64,000 nt of DNA, from contig OZ244561.1 of NCBI GenBank assembly GCA_965217585.1, positions 4,800,001 to 4,864,000 on the forward strand, read 5' to 3'. Made by a program: the position numbers and the translations under genes. The stretch comes from Candidatus Latescibacterota bacterium (GTDB lineage: Bacteria; Latescibacterota; UBA2968; UBA8231). The first letter of the stretch is position 1. Every line of letters starts with the position of its first letter. Below are positions 47,324 to 57,661 of this stretch, one piece after another. The notes below the pieces were generated by a model. That model did not search any database. It was not told the DNA's origin and saw nothing but the letters and a program-made list of their open reading frames with translations.

Positions 47324-48319
47324 ATGACCTCTTCCCCCCGCACCACAAACGTATGCCTAGAGTTTCTGCACCAGAAACTCTCCCCGCACGTAATTCCCTT
47401 GCTCATCGCTGCCCTCAGTGTCCTGCTGCCCCAGATGGCATCGGCAGGTGCTTGGACGCTTGGAAAGGGCCACGTGTGGAGCAAGGTCTCCTACATGTCG
47501 CAATCGACCGATCAACACTATGATGCGGATGGAAATGCGGTTGAAATTCCCAGAGACGCCCGCTACCAATCGCAGCAGGTCTATTTCAACGTGTACTACG
47601 GCCTGACGGACCAGATCGATCTTGGCCTACAGGTTCCCTATATCAGCAATAAGTTTGTCGATAAAGATGAGAGTAATGATGTAGCGACTCCGCCACCTGC
47701 TCTGGAAACGGAATCGGGTATCGGCGATCTGCGTGGGTTCGCCAAGATCAACCTCTTGCAGCAAGCTGGTCTTGTCGGTACCCTAAAACTTGGCTTCAAG
47801 CTCCCCGTCGGCGACTATCGGCCCGTGCCCGAGGCCCTTTCCATAACCGGAGGCCAATGGGATTTTGACGTGGTTGCGCAACTCGGCCGGTCCTTTTGGC
47901 CCGTCCCGATGTACGCCAATGTCGATCTGGGGTATCGCCTGCGCGGAGAATACACGGATCCCGCCGCTGGTGATTCCGACGTCATCGACCGCAGCTATAC
48001 CCCCGGCGCAGAGCTCGTTTTTAACGCCGAGGCAGGTTATAGCCCTATGGACAAACTCCTCGTCGCCCTCAAGTACGAAGGCGTCGTAGGAGCGGAGTAC
48101 GACGCCATAAGCAACCCAGGTACCCCAGAAACGCTTAGTCAAAGTGTCACCTACTTGGTGCCGACGGTCTTGGTTGGCTTCCACCCCAACCTGAGTCTTG
48201 AAGCCTCGGCGCGCATGACGGTCAGCGGCAGCAGGTATTTCGCTGGCCCGACCTATGCGGTGGGGCTTTCTTTTACGGGGAGCCTGATTGAGAAGTTGAT
48301 TCATCAGGGGACTCCTTAG
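47324..48319 (+). CDS. Putative outer-membrane beta-barrel (MetA/phenol-degradation-like); start uncertain
   Basis: AGAWTL.KG, YGLTD, G.GD, K.P.G, alternating aromatic strands. Confidence 0.65.
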   Translation: MTSSPRTTNVCLEFLHQKLSPHVIPLLIAALSVLLPQMASAGAWTLGKGHVWSKVSYMSQSTDQHYDADGNAVEIPRDARYQSQQVYFNVYYGLTDQIDLGLQVPYISNKFVDKDESNDVATPPPALETESGIGDLRGFAKINLLQQAGLVGTLKLGFKLPVGDYRPVPEALSITGGQWDFDVVAQLGRSFWPVPMYANVDLGYRLRGEYTDPAAGDSDVIDRSYTPGAELVFNAEAGYSPMDKLLVALKYEGVVGAEYDAISNPGTPETLSQSVTYLVPTVLVGFHPNLSLEASARMTVSGSRYFAGPTYAVGLSFTGSLIEKLIHQGTP

Positions 48320-48345
48320 TCCTGGTCTATGGATCAGCACAAGCA

Positions 48346-48386
48346 GGGGAAGGGGCTTTGGGGTCCCTTCCCCCATTTTATTTTTT
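48346..48386 (+). terminator. Intrinsic terminator
   Basis: GGGGAAGGGG/TCCCTTCCCC stem followed by a T-rich tract. Confidence 0.7.
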
Positions 48387-48423
48387 ACGGTAGGGAGAGC
48401 TATCTCTACGAGGAGAAATCGAT

Positions 48424-49215
48424 ATGAGCACGCCGGACATTACCTTGGCCTCGGGCCACGCCGTTCCGCAATTGGGGCTGGGCACTTGGATGTTGCGCGG
48501 CCAACAGTGCAAAGTCGTGGTCAAAGAGGCCCTCGAACTGGGCTATACGCATTTGGATTCGGCCTGGATGTATGAGAATCAGGACGCCATCGGCCAGGTC
48601 CTCAAGGAAGTTGGGGCCGACCGCGATCGGCTCTTCATCACCTCCAAGATTTGGCATTCGCACTTGGAGTACGAGGCGACTTTGGAGCAGATGGAAGAGA
48701 TTCTGCGCGATCTGCAGACCGAATACGTCGATCTTCTGCTCATCCACAGCCCCGGTCAGGGTGTGCCGGTGGAGCGCACCTTGGCCGCTTTTGAAAAAAT
48801 CTACGCGGCCGGCCAGGCCAAAAGCATTGGCATTAGCAATTTCAGCATTGAGCAAACTGATCGAGCTAGGGCCGCTACCGGCTTGCCGATCTGCACCAAT
48901 CAGGTGGAGTACCACCTGCGCCACAACCGCGAAAGGCTGCGGCGCCATTGCCACGCTCACAACGTGGTACTGACGGCGCACCGCCCGCTGGCCCAGGGCG
49001 ATCTAGCCCGAGACGAGGTCCTAAAACAGGTAGCTGCCGAGCACGGCAAGACCCAGGCCCAAGTGGCTTTGAAGTGGCTTTTGCAAAAGGATATGATCGT
49101 CATCCCCAAGGCCAGCTCAACGGCTCATTTGCGCGATAATCTGGATTTGTTCGACTGGCAGTTAGGGGACGAGGAGATGGCGCGTCTCGAAGGGGTGGGA
49201 GTCGATCCCGATTAG
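48424..49215 (+). CDS. Aldo/keto reductase (2,5-DKG reductase-like)
   Basis: LGLGTW, D.A..Y.N, ITSK, LLIH, IGISNF, NQVE, IPK. Confidence 0.92.
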   Translation: MSTPDITLASGHAVPQLGLGTWMLRGQQCKVVVKEALELGYTHLDSAWMYENQDAIGQVLKEVGADRDRLFITSKIWHSHLEYEATLEQMEEILRDLQTEYVDLLLIHSPGQGVPVERTLAAFEKIYAAGQAKSIGISNFSIEQTDRARAATGLPICTNQVEYHLRHNRERLRRHCHAHNVVLTAHRPLAQGDLARDEVLKQVAAEHGKTQAQVALKWLLQKDMIVIPKASSTAHLRDNLDLFDWQLGDEEMARLEGVGVDPD

Positions 49216-49282
49216 CGCGCTGAATGCAGCACGCCGATTTCAAGTTGGGATGTACGCGACCGACGCGAAGGGGGAAGCATAA

Positions 49283-49879
49283 ATGTTTACAAGGATGCTT
49301 TTTATCGGCAGCCTACTTGTACTTGGTTGTGCTAATGACAAGGGGACTACTCCAGATCCCGAAGTTGGGTTTGTCTTTTCAGGCACGCTCAGAAATGATA
49401 AGCAAATACAACTTCCAGAGAATTTGAGAGTTTTGGTTTTTTGGAATGTAGTAACAGGAGAAGGAGATGACTATCTTTATCTTTTCGGCGAAGGTACGGT
49501 GAATGCCGAAGACATGACCTTTGAAATAGTTTTTGCTGAAGATCCACCGGCAGACGCTTTAAATGCGGATGCCTTGGGGGTTGGCTACATTCTGCTAACT
49601 ACAGACTCGGATCTTGAAGAAGGTATTATTCCTCAAGAGTACGACTTGGCCCAAAATGTTCTTGGAGGAGCAGGGCAGTATGGAGTTGTATTTACCAATG
49701 ACAAAATAGCAGATATTGAAGAATTAGAATGGCCGCAGCAATTCCCCAAAGGCTACGGTGTCGGCAAAGGTGTCGCGATACCAGATGCTAATTTTGATGC
49801 CTTTGAACCTGTTGATCCTTCTTCTGTAGAAATTATCGTAGATGATCCAGAAAATATAGAATTTGTAAACTGGTCATAG
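49283..49879 (+). CDS. Hypothetical acidic lipoprotein, AT-rich gene
   Basis: VLGC lipobox; clearly lower GC than neighbours. Confidence 0.75.
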   Translation: MFTRMLFIGSLLVLGCANDKGTTPDPEVGFVFSGTLRNDKQIQLPENLRVLVFWNVVTGEGDDYLYLFGEGTVNAEDMTFEIVFAEDPPADALNADALGVGYILLTTDSDLEEGIIPQEYDLAQNVLGGAGQYGVVFTNDKIADIEELEWPQQFPKGYGVGKGVAIPDANFDAFEPVDPSSVEIIVDDPENIEFVNWS

Positions 49880-49915
49880 ACGCGGACGCCACGCAATAAC
49901 ACTGCATCTGGCCCC

Positions 49916-51835
49916 TCAATAGTAGTAGAACGCATAAACCAGCGCCGAGCCGCCGACGCCGACGCAGGTGCCCAAGATCAGGCCAATAAAAAAGGGTAGC
50001 AGGGTGCGGTAGAGCCGGATGCCGCCGTAGCGCAGGGCCAGGAGTTTGATCAGCCAGGCTAAGAAAATCCCGAACCAGTCGATGGAGACGGTGTTGGTCA
50101 GGGCGATGCCTAGTCCCACTGGATGCAGGGGCCAGCCGGCGAAGCGGTACTGAGCCAGCGAGAGCAGCCCGGCGAGACCCGCGCCGATGGCGAGGAACAC
50201 GGCCACCAGCGGCGAGGCCGGGTTGGGGTTGTTGATCGAGTTGGCGACCCAGGACCAATGGTATTGCGGTGAGGAGACGAAGTACCAGCCATAGCCGTGG
50301 ATCAGTCCGTGGCGGTAACCCAGCCATATATAGCAGACCATGGTGGTTATGAGGCCGACGATCATGGCGGCGGACAAAAAGACCACCAGCTTGCGCCCGC
50401 TGATGTTGAGCCGGGCTGGCTCACAGACCTTGAAGGCGTGGGCGAGGGTGCCCATCAGAAAGAGCTGCAAGTCGGCCGTCCAGACCATGCTCAGCCCCAT
50501 CGCGCTCAGTCCTTGGGCACCAAAAGGGGCGGTACCGAAGAGATTGGTCAAGATCGGCGGCACGGAGACCGGGGCGCGCAGGCGGCCGATTCCGGTCTGG
50601 GCCAACAGGCGGGCAATGCCAAAGAAAATCACCAGTGCGACCAGCAAAAAGACGATGCTCCAGACCAAACTCAGACCGCTGGCCCAGAGAAAGCCGCTCA
50701 TGTACGTCAGCCCGACAAGTCCAAGCAGAGCAGCGACACGTGGCGAGATCGGGCTGTCGCGGTCTGGGCCACCGCCGATGATCAGCCGCCACTGGCGACG
50801 GAGGAAGTGGCGCGACATCCACAGCGAAATCCCGACGATGCACGCGAGTGAGCCAATCTGCTGATGGGCTAGCAGCACGTTGGGTGGTGCGTGGGGCTGG
50901 GCCGGCAGCGAGACGGCAATGCCTAGCCAGTTGAGCAGGGCGCCTTCGGCGGCGATGAGTAGGTGAAAAAACCAGACGCTGAACAGCACGTTGAGGCCAA
51001 CCAGATAGCTCAAGCCCACGACCAGCAGGTCGGTGTTAAGCCCGTAGCTAAGCCCGAATTGACGGATCTCGATGCGGCCGCCGGGGATGCCGAAGCCGTG
51101 AATGATCTCGATGTCTAATACTTGGTCGAGCATATTGACGGTTGGCAGCACCCAGGCGATGAGAAACCCCAGCCACAACAGCTTGCTCTTGAGAATGGAC
51201 GCGGTGGGGTTTTCTAGGCTCTCAAGGAGCATGTTGGGGACGGCGGCGAGTGGGTACACCAAGCGCTCTTGGCGCGACCACTGGTGGTGGACGAGGCTAA
51301 TCAGCGCGATGCTGACTAAGAAGAAGGCCAGCATGAAGAGGCCCCACCACAACAGCGGCCCGGCCCACAAGGCCCAAGGCACGGGCGCGGAGGCATCCGC
51401 TCCTTCAAAAAGCTGGCGGATCGCTTCGAGGTCGCGGGGGACGGCCCAGTGGGGGATGTGCGGCCAGAGTAGGTCGGACCAGTTGTTTTCTGGGGTGGCG
51501 TAGTAAAAGACGCCGGCGATTAAAGGGATGAAGTAGCCGCCAAAGCCCATTGAGGGCAGCACTACGGCGACCATAAGCGCGGCATAGACCAAGGCGAAAT
51601 TGGTCGGCGAGAGGCGCAAGAGCGGGTGGAGCAGGCGCAGCGCGAGGGCGACGACTGTGAGCCAGAAGATCAGGAAGATGACGCCGACGGTGTTGAAGTG
51701 ATCGGTCAGCCCTGTGTAGCTTCCATAGAGAACGTAGGTCCGCACACTGGTAAAGGTCATGCAGACGGTAAAGACTAGAACGAGGACGAAGGAGAAACAG
51801 GTGCCGAGGAAAGAAGTTACAGGGGGGCGAGGCAT
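49916..51835 (-). CDS. DUF6785/DUF6784-type membrane protein, paralog of 37840..39783
   Basis: YYATPENNW, QW..ERL.YPL, WPLHPVG, LRYGG. Confidence 0.75.
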   Translation of the reverse strand: MPRPPVTSFLGTCFSFVLVLVFTVCMTFTSVRTYVLYGSYTGLTDHFNTVGVIFLIFWLTVVALALRLLHPLLRLSPTNFALVYAALMVAVVLPSMGFGGYFIPLIAGVFYYATPENNWSDLLWPHIPHWAVPRDLEAIRQLFEGADASAPVPWALWAGPLLWWGLFMLAFFLVSIALISLVHHQWSRQERLVYPLAAVPNMLLESLENPTASILKSKLLWLGFLIAWVLPTVNMLDQVLDIEIIHGFGIPGGRIEIRQFGLSYGLNTDLLVVGLSYLVGLNVLFSVWFFHLLIAAEGALLNWLGIAVSLPAQPHAPPNVLLAHQQIGSLACIVGISLWMSRHFLRRQWRLIIGGGPDRDSPISPRVAALLGLVGLTYMSGFLWASGLSLVWSIVFLLVALVIFFGIARLLAQTGIGRLRAPVSVPPILTNLFGTAPFGAQGLSAMGLSMVWTADLQLFLMGTLAHAFKVCEPARLNISGRKLVVFLSAAMIVGLITTMVCYIWLGYRHGLIHGYGWYFVSSPQYHWSWVANSINNPNPASPLVAVFLAIGAGLAGLLSLAQYRFAGWPLHPVGLGIALTNTVSIDWFGIFLAWLIKLLALRYGGIRLYRTLLPFFIGLILGTCVGVGGSALVYAFYYY

Positions 51836-51999
51836 GGATGAATTGTGAATAGGGGTGAGAAGAGAAATGGGCTTCTTTATATCTTTATAATAGAACAGAT
51901 GGGGGGAACGTAGGCAATGATGCACAGACGCAGCGTCTCGTCCCACACTTGGCAAGCCCTAACACGAAAAAAAACGCTCGGCGCGGAGGAAAACCCTGT

Positions 52000-52281
52000 A
52001 TGCAGTGGCCTGAGATATGCAGAAGCCATCCCGATACATGGCTGATTGTTGAGGCGTTAGAAGCCCATACAACCCCTGATTCGCGGCGACGCCTTGATCG
52101 CTTAACGGTTGTTGAGAAATGTCCCGATGGCAAAGCCGCCATGAAACGGTATCGGTTCCTTCACCAGCAGTATCCCGAACGGGAGTTTTACTTTATCCAT
52201 ACCAGTCGTGACTCACTTGATATTCAAGTGCAACAGTGGTTGGGAATCCGCGCCCCGCATGCAACTGGTACGAAAGTTTGA
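52000..52281 (+). CDS. Small hypothetical protein of the type found upstream of retropepsin-like genes
   Basis: MQW.EI...P..W..VEA, Y..LH...P.RE.Y..HT; GGAGG RBS. Confidence 0.65.
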   Translation: MQWPEICRSHPDTWLIVEALEAHTTPDSRRRLDRLTVVEKCPDGKAAMKRYRFLHQQYPEREFYFIHTSRDSLDIQVQQWLGIRAPHATGTKV

Positions 52282-52369
52282 AATCAATGGGATTTTGGGG
52301 ATGGATTTCCTGACGGAAGCTAAGGCCATCATCAATCTGCAGGCGATGAGTCTTACATTCAATGGATGA
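52259..52369 (+). pseudogene. Internally deleted retropepsin-like aspartic protease
   Basis: MQLVRK joined to FEINGILGMDFLTEAKAIINL; catalytic DTG region absent. Confidence 0.65.
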
Positions 52370-54176
52370 GCGTGCCGATGCCAACTTGGCCTGGCGCTTA
52401 GGTTGGCTCGTCCTCGCCCTCGCCCTCGCAGTGCGGGTCGCCTATATCTTCGAAGCAGATGCGAGTCCACTCTTTGTACATCCAGCAGTCGATGCCAAAA
52501 CGTACGCGCACCACGCCCAGCGCTTAGCTGCGGGCAACTGGTTGGGTGTCGGCGAGGGGCCGTTTTGGCAGCCGCCGCTCTACCCGTACTTCCTCGGGGC
52601 GGTAAAGGTTCTTTTTCCAGAGTCATTTTTTTACGCCGTGCGCTTTGTGCAGGCCCTGTTAGGGGCGCTGGTCTGCGCGATGAGTTGGTGGGTCGGTCGC
52701 GCTTTGTTCAATCCGGCGGTGGGGTTGCTCGCTGGGGTCGGCACAGCGCTGTGCGGGCCGCTGATCTTTTTTGACGGCGAGCTGTTGCCGGCTTCATTGG
52801 CCGCCTTCGTCGATCTGCTGGCCCTGGTAGTGCTTTTGCGCGTATGGCGTCGTCCGAGCCGTTGGGGCTTTTTGGGTGCTGGGGCGGCCTTTGGCGTCGG
52901 TGCGCTGGCCGTGCCGACGGTGCTGACCTTTGCGGTCGCCGTGCCCATTGTCCTCTTATGGCGCGCTCCTCGTCGGCAGGGCTTGGTCTGGGCCGGTGCG
53001 TTCTCGCTCGGGGTCATCTTGGCTATCGCGCCGGTGGCTTGGCGCAACTGGGCCATCGGCGGCGACGGGGTAGGGATTTCCTACAACGCGGGGATCAACC
53101 TGTACATCGGCAACAATCCCAACTATGCAGCAACCGTGGCCATCCGCCCAGGGTGGGAATGGGACGATTTAGTCACTCAACCGGCGCGGGAGGGGATTGA
53201 GCGACCTTCGGCCAAGTCGGCGTATTTTGCCGAGCGAGCTTGGGACTACATCAGTGGCGATCCGACTGGGTGGCTGGGATTGATGAGGCGTAAGCTGGGG
53301 GCGTTTTGGCACGGCGACGAGCGAGGGCGCAACCAGCCGATTTACTTCTGGCGCACCTACTCAACGGTGCTGTCGGCGACCCTGTGGAAAGCGGGTATTG
53401 CTTTCCCCTTTGGTTTGGTGGCCCCTCTGGCGCTGTGGGGAATGTTGCTGAGTCTGCGGCGAATTGGGCCGACGTGGCCGCTGCTGTACGTGCTGAGCTA
53501 TTGTCTGGGGGTGGTCGCGTTTTTTGTGGCGGCGCGCTACCGGGTGCCAGTGCTGCCGGTGCTCATAGTCTTTGCCGCCTACGGGTTGTGGGCGCTGTGG
53601 GACTGGGGACGAGCGGGCTGTTGGCGCAGCTTGGGGCTGGGGTTGGTTATCTGCTCGGCCTTTGCGCTGGCGGCCAATAGCCACCTAGCGCCGATGGACA
53701 TGGAGGGGGATGCGGCCATCCACTACAATCTGGGCAACGCGTATGCCGAGGCTGACGACAAAGAGCAGGGACTGGCGGCGTTTGAGCGGGCGGTGGCGGA
53801 AGACCCCGAGTACTGGCAGGCGTGGTTGAATCTAGGTGGGGTCAAGGCGGCGCTGGGCGATCTCGCAGGCGGTGAAGAAATTTTTGCGCGAGTGGCGCAA
53901 AAGGCCCCGCGGCAAGTCGAGCCGTGGATGAACTTGGCGCACGTGCGGATCATGCAGCGAGACCTAGAGGGGGCTTTTAGTTACTACGAGTCCGCGCTCG
54001 CGGCTAATCCCAAGTTGCTACCAGCCTACGTGGAGATGATCCGCCTCTACGGGCAGATGGGCGATCTAGCCCAGGCGGCGCACGTTCTCCAGCGGGCGGT
54101 CGATCATTTGCCCGCCCAGCGCGAGCGCTTGCGTCAGTTTTACGAAGAGATACAGATGCGGGCGTTGGGCCGCTAA
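52362..54176 (+). CDS. GT-C (PMT/family 39-like) glycosyltransferase with C-terminal TPRs
   Basis: D..Y..A, PPLYPYFL, RN...G, NLYIGNN, RYRVP; TPR motifs. Confidence 0.85.
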   Translation: MDERADANLAWRLGWLVLALALAVRVAYIFEADASPLFVHPAVDAKTYAHHAQRLAAGNWLGVGEGPFWQPPLYPYFLGAVKVLFPESFFYAVRFVQALLGALVCAMSWWVGRALFNPAVGLLAGVGTALCGPLIFFDGELLPASLAAFVDLLALVVLLRVWRRPSRWGFLGAGAAFGVGALAVPTVLTFAVAVPIVLLWRAPRRQGLVWAGAFSLGVILAIAPVAWRNWAIGGDGVGISYNAGINLYIGNNPNYAATVAIRPGWEWDDLVTQPAREGIERPSAKSAYFAERAWDYISGDPTGWLGLMRRKLGAFWHGDERGRNQPIYFWRTYSTVLSATLWKAGIAFPFGLVAPLALWGMLLSLRRIGPTWPLLYVLSYCLGVVAFFVAARYRVPVLPVLIVFAAYGLWALWDWGRAGCWRSLGLGLVICSAFALAANSHLAPMDMEGDAAIHYNLGNAYAEADDKEQGLAAFERAVAEDPEYWQAWLNLGGVKAALGDLAGGEEIFARVAQKAPRQVEPWMNLAHVRIMQRDLEGAFSYYESALAANPKLLPAYVEMIRLYGQMGDLAQAAHVLQRAVDHLPAQRERLRQFYEEIQMRALGR

Positions 54177-54185
54177 TAGAAAAAA

Positions 54186-55865
54186 TTAAGGGCCTGGCTG
54201 GACGACTCTGAGCACTTGGTTGGCGGCGACCTTTTCTATGGTCTGATGCGTCCCGTCCGGCCAGCGGATTTCCACTTGGGCACTTGTTGCCGCGCCCAGC
54301 CCGAAGTGCAAGCGCGGGTCGTGGCTGGCCAGATAGCTGCCGCCCGATTGCCGCTCCTGCACTTGGCGCACCCCGTCGGCTACAACTTCTACCCGCGTTC
54401 CTAAGCCGTCGGGGTGGCTCTTTCCCACCAGTAGAATTTGCAAATAGTGCCGGGTATTGCCGCCGTCGTTGCGCAACAGCCGTGGCTGGGCTGCTACCGT
54501 GGTCACTAGGAGGTCGAGGTCGCCGTCGTCGTCGTAGTCGGCCACCGCCGTGGCTCGCCCGGCGTTGGCCCTTTGGAAATCCGCTCCCAATGCGGCCGAG
54601 ACGTCGGCAAAGCGGCGGCCGGCGTCGTTGCGGAACATCTGGTTGGGCTGCCGATAGGTCTGGCTCGAATCCACTTCCGCAATGCGGTTGATGACGTGGC
54701 CGTTGGCGGCGAACAGGTCGAGGTCGCCGTCGTTGTCGTAGTCGAAGAACTTGGTGCCAAAGCCGAGGGGCCGGTACGAGGGATCGGCCAGCCCCAAGCG
54801 CTGGGTGGCGACGGCGAATTGGCCTTGGCCGTCGTTGCGGTAGAGGGCATTGGTTTCAAAGGCGAAGTTGGTGACGAAGAGGTCGAAATCGCCATCGTGG
54901 TCGTAGTCGCCAAAATCGACGCCCATGCCCGCGTCGGCGTGCCCGTGCTCGTTGTAGCGAGTGCCGGCAATCAAGCCGACTTCGGCGAAGGTGCTGTGCT
55001 GGTTGGCGTAGAGGAAGTTCATGGTGCCGTCGTTAGCCACGTAGAGGTCGGTGTCGCCGTCGCGGTCGTAGTCGGCTAGCGCGACGCCCAGCCCCTTGCC
55101 CTTGAGTGTGATGCCGGTCTCTTCGGTGACGTCGGCGAAGGTATCGCCGTCGTTGCGGTAGAGGAGGTCGCCGGTGGGATCGTACACGCTAGGCTCGCAG
55201 TACGCGCGCACTTGGCCCTGCTGGCAGATGGCGTCGTCGTCGAGGGTATAGCGCACGTAGTTGGCGACGAAGAGATCGAGGTCGCCGTCGAGGTCGTAGT
55301 CGAGGAAGCCGGCACTGGTACCCCAGCGCGGATCTGCTAGGCCAGCCGAAGTTTTGGCAAAGATGCCGTGGTCGTTGCGGTAGAGGGCGTTGGGTCCGTA
55401 ATTGGCGACGAACAGGTCGGGGTCGCCGTCGGCATCGTAGTCTGCGGCGGCAACGCCAAAGCCGTAGCCGGGGTCGGCGCTGCCGCTGTGGGCGGTGACG
55501 TCGGTGAAGGTGCCCGCGCCTGCGTTGCGATAGAGGCGGTTGATCGGCGGTGGGTCTGGGGGATGACCGGTTAGGTAGGTGCCGTTGGCGAGGTAGAGGT
55601 CGAGGCGGCCGTCGCCGTCGTAGTCGAGGAAGGCGGCACCAGCACCAAAGGTTTCGACATAGTAGTATTCGCCGGAAAAGCCGTTGTAGTGGACGAAGTC
55701 GATACCAGCGTCGGCTCCGGCGTCGGCGAAATGTACCGGCGGTGCTGGGGGGTCTTGGGGGGCGCAGGCGCAGAGGGCGAGGGCGAGGGCAAGGCCCCAG
55801 ATCTGCACTTGAAATCGGATACGCGAACGTGCAGACTGCGCGACCTCTGTTATTTTTAAGCACAT
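54186..55865 (-). CDS. CRTAC1-family FG-GAP/ASPIC-UnbV lipoprotein
   Basis: LCAC lipobox, DYDxDGDLDL repeats, LHFGLG, IRWPDG. Confidence 0.92.
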   Translation of the reverse strand: MCLKITEVAQSARSRIRFQVQIWGLALALALCACAPQDPPAPPVHFADAGADAGIDFVHYNGFSGEYYYVETFGAGAAFLDYDGDGRLDLYLANGTYLTGHPPDPPPINRLYRNAGAGTFTDVTAHSGSADPGYGFGVAAADYDADGDPDLFVANYGPNALYRNDHGIFAKTSAGLADPRWGTSAGFLDYDLDGDLDLFVANYVRYTLDDDAICQQGQVRAYCEPSVYDPTGDLLYRNDGDTFADVTEETGITLKGKGLGVALADYDRDGDTDLYVANDGTMNFLYANQHSTFAEVGLIAGTRYNEHGHADAGMGVDFGDYDHDGDFDLFVTNFAFETNALYRNDGQGQFAVATQRLGLADPSYRPLGFGTKFFDYDNDGDLDLFAANGHVINRIAEVDSSQTYRQPNQMFRNDAGRRFADVSAALGADFQRANAGRATAVADYDDDGDLDLLVTTVAAQPRLLRNDGGNTRHYLQILLVGKSHPDGLGTRVEVVADGVRQVQERQSGGSYLASHDPRLHFGLGAATSAQVEIRWPDGTHQTIEKVAANQVLRVVQPGP

Positions 55866-55896
55866 GCCTATTAATCACTAACCAGGAGAATGGACG

Positions 55897-56088
55897 ATGC
55901 CATTTATCAACGTGAAGATGTTCGCGGGGCGTTCCGCCGAGCAGAAGCGGGCCTTAGTCGAAGCTCTGACCCAGGCCATGGTGGATACCTGCAACGCGCC
56001 CCGAGAGGGGACGACGGTAGTGCTCGAAGAATGCGAGCGCGAGCACTGGGCCGTTGGTGGGGTGCTGGTGGCGGACCGCCCACAATAA
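55897..56088 (+). CDS. 4-oxalocrotonate tautomerase family protein
   Basis: Pro1, GRS.EQK, W..GG. Confidence 0.92.
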   Translation: MPFINVKMFAGRSAEQKRALVEALTQAMVDTCNAPREGTTVVLEECEREHWAVGGVLVADRPQ

Positions 56089-56104
56089 GGTGGAAAAGGC
56101 CAAG

Positions 56105-57646
56105 TCACAGCACGTGGGCCAAAGCTACGGCGATGAGCAGGCCAAAGGAGATCCAGCCTAGCAGGGCCTCGACGACAGCGAGGAGTTTGAGCTTGCCCGT
56201 CGCGTCCCAGGCGCGGGAGTTGACGTGGATGAAGGTATAGAGGCTGAAGACGATGCAGTCGGCGAGGGTGGGCTGGTCTGCGCCGGAAGCGGGGTGCATG
56301 GAGTTAGGAGCTGTGCGGTACGCCAAGCCGCAGAGGAGGATAATGGCGAGCATGAAGGCGATTATTCGCTGGGGGGCCGTGCCGTAATCTGCACTCAAAC
56401 GCCACAGTTCCAGGCCCCAGCGCGCTGGCTCGTTATAGGAGCGCGCAAGGCGTTGGTGGTCCATGCGTTCGGCGTGGCAGGCCGCGGCGTCGCCGTTCAA
56501 GCCTTGGGCTAGGAATTGGTGGTACAGGGCGGCGTAGGTTGGGTCGAGGGAGGCAGCGTGGGTTGAGTCGGCTGCGGCGAGATGGCCTGCTAGCTGGGAC
56601 CAGTGCGCTTGGATGCGGCCGAAGCGCGGCTGGTGCAAGTAGAGGCGGCTGTCAGCGGCGAAGGTCGAATCCGCTCCGGCTGGCCGCAGGTCAATCAGGG
56701 CGAAGGCGGCGCGGCTCAGGTCGAGGGAGCGGTTGAAGAATGCACCGAGGCGGATGACGCGGCCCTCGCTCTCGCTGAAGTCGGCTTCTTGGCGGAAATA
56801 AGCGCCATCAAAGCGGGCTTGGCCAAAGGTCGCGCTGCGAAAGCGCGCTGCCCGCGCGAAGGTGAAGTCGGCAAAGGATGCCTCGCCGCTGAAACGCGCT
56901 CGGTCGAAGGCGACCTCTCCGTCGGCACGTCCGCTGGCGAAGGACACCTCCTCAGCGAAGCGCGCGTCCCAAAACAGCGCCTGATCGGCGAAGCGGACTC
57001 CAGCGAAAGATAGAGGTTGTGCCCAAGCGGTTTCCTTGAAGGAAGCAATTCCGGCGAAGGTGGCGTCGGTGAAGGTGGCTGGCGCGGCAAAGGCGGCCTG
57101 CTCGAAATAGGCGGCGTTGTCGAATTGGGTTTGGGCGAAGTTGGCGCTATGGCCGGCAAAGCGCGCGCCGACGAAAGAGGCGACTCCGGCGAAGCGGCTT
57201 GCGGTTAGGTCGGCATCGCCGAGGAAGTGGGTCTTTTGGAAGGTTGCGTGCTTGGCCAGGTGGCTTGCGCGCAGGGAGAAGGCGGCGGTAAAACGCGCTT
57301 CGGCAAAGGAGAGGCCACCGGCGAAGTGGGCGCGTTCAAAGCGCACCGGGGCGAGGAACGCGACTTGGCTGAAGGATACTTCGTCGAGAAAGTACACTTC
57401 CTCTAAGTCGAGGGGGACGCGCAGGGTGTCGAGTCCTGAAGTGGGCGCAAACAGGCGTCCGTGGAAGGAGACCTGCCGGTGGACGACGGCTGGGCCGTTT
57501 GCCGGGCGTTGTAGCTGGGCGATTAGCGTCTCAATGGGAAGTAGGGGAAGGGTTTGGCCGGCGATGGTGGTATCGGCCGCGGGCGTCTGGGCGCTCAAGG
57601 CGGTGCTCAAGAAGAGCAAGGCAGCAAATGAGAGTTTTGGTAGCAT
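56105..57646 (-). CDS. Pentapeptide repeat protein with C-terminal channel-like membrane segment
   Basis: A.F...A.F repeats; DYG..P, TM-pore-TM region, VEA.LG. Confidence 0.8.
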   Translation of the reverse strand: MLPKLSFAALLFLSTALSAQTPAADTTIAGQTLPLLPIETLIAQLQRPANGPAVVHRQVSFHGRLFAPTSGLDTLRVPLDLEEVYFLDEVSFSQVAFLAPVRFERAHFAGGLSFAEARFTAAFSLRASHLAKHATFQKTHFLGDADLTASRFAGVASFVGARFAGHSANFAQTQFDNAAYFEQAAFAAPATFTDATFAGIASFKETAWAQPLSFAGVRFADQALFWDARFAEEVSFASGRADGEVAFDRARFSGEASFADFTFARAARFRSATFGQARFDGAYFRQEADFSESEGRVIRLGAFFNRSLDLSRAAFALIDLRPAGADSTFAADSRLYLHQPRFGRIQAHWSQLAGHLAAADSTHAASLDPTYAALYHQFLAQGLNGDAAACHAERMDHQRLARSYNEPARWGLELWRLSADYGTAPQRIIAFMLAIILLCGLAYRTAPNSMHPASGADQPTLADCIVFSLYTFIHVNSRAWDATGKLKLLAVVEALLGWISFGLLIAVALAHVL

Positions 57647-57661
57647 ACGGGCTGTTGACGT

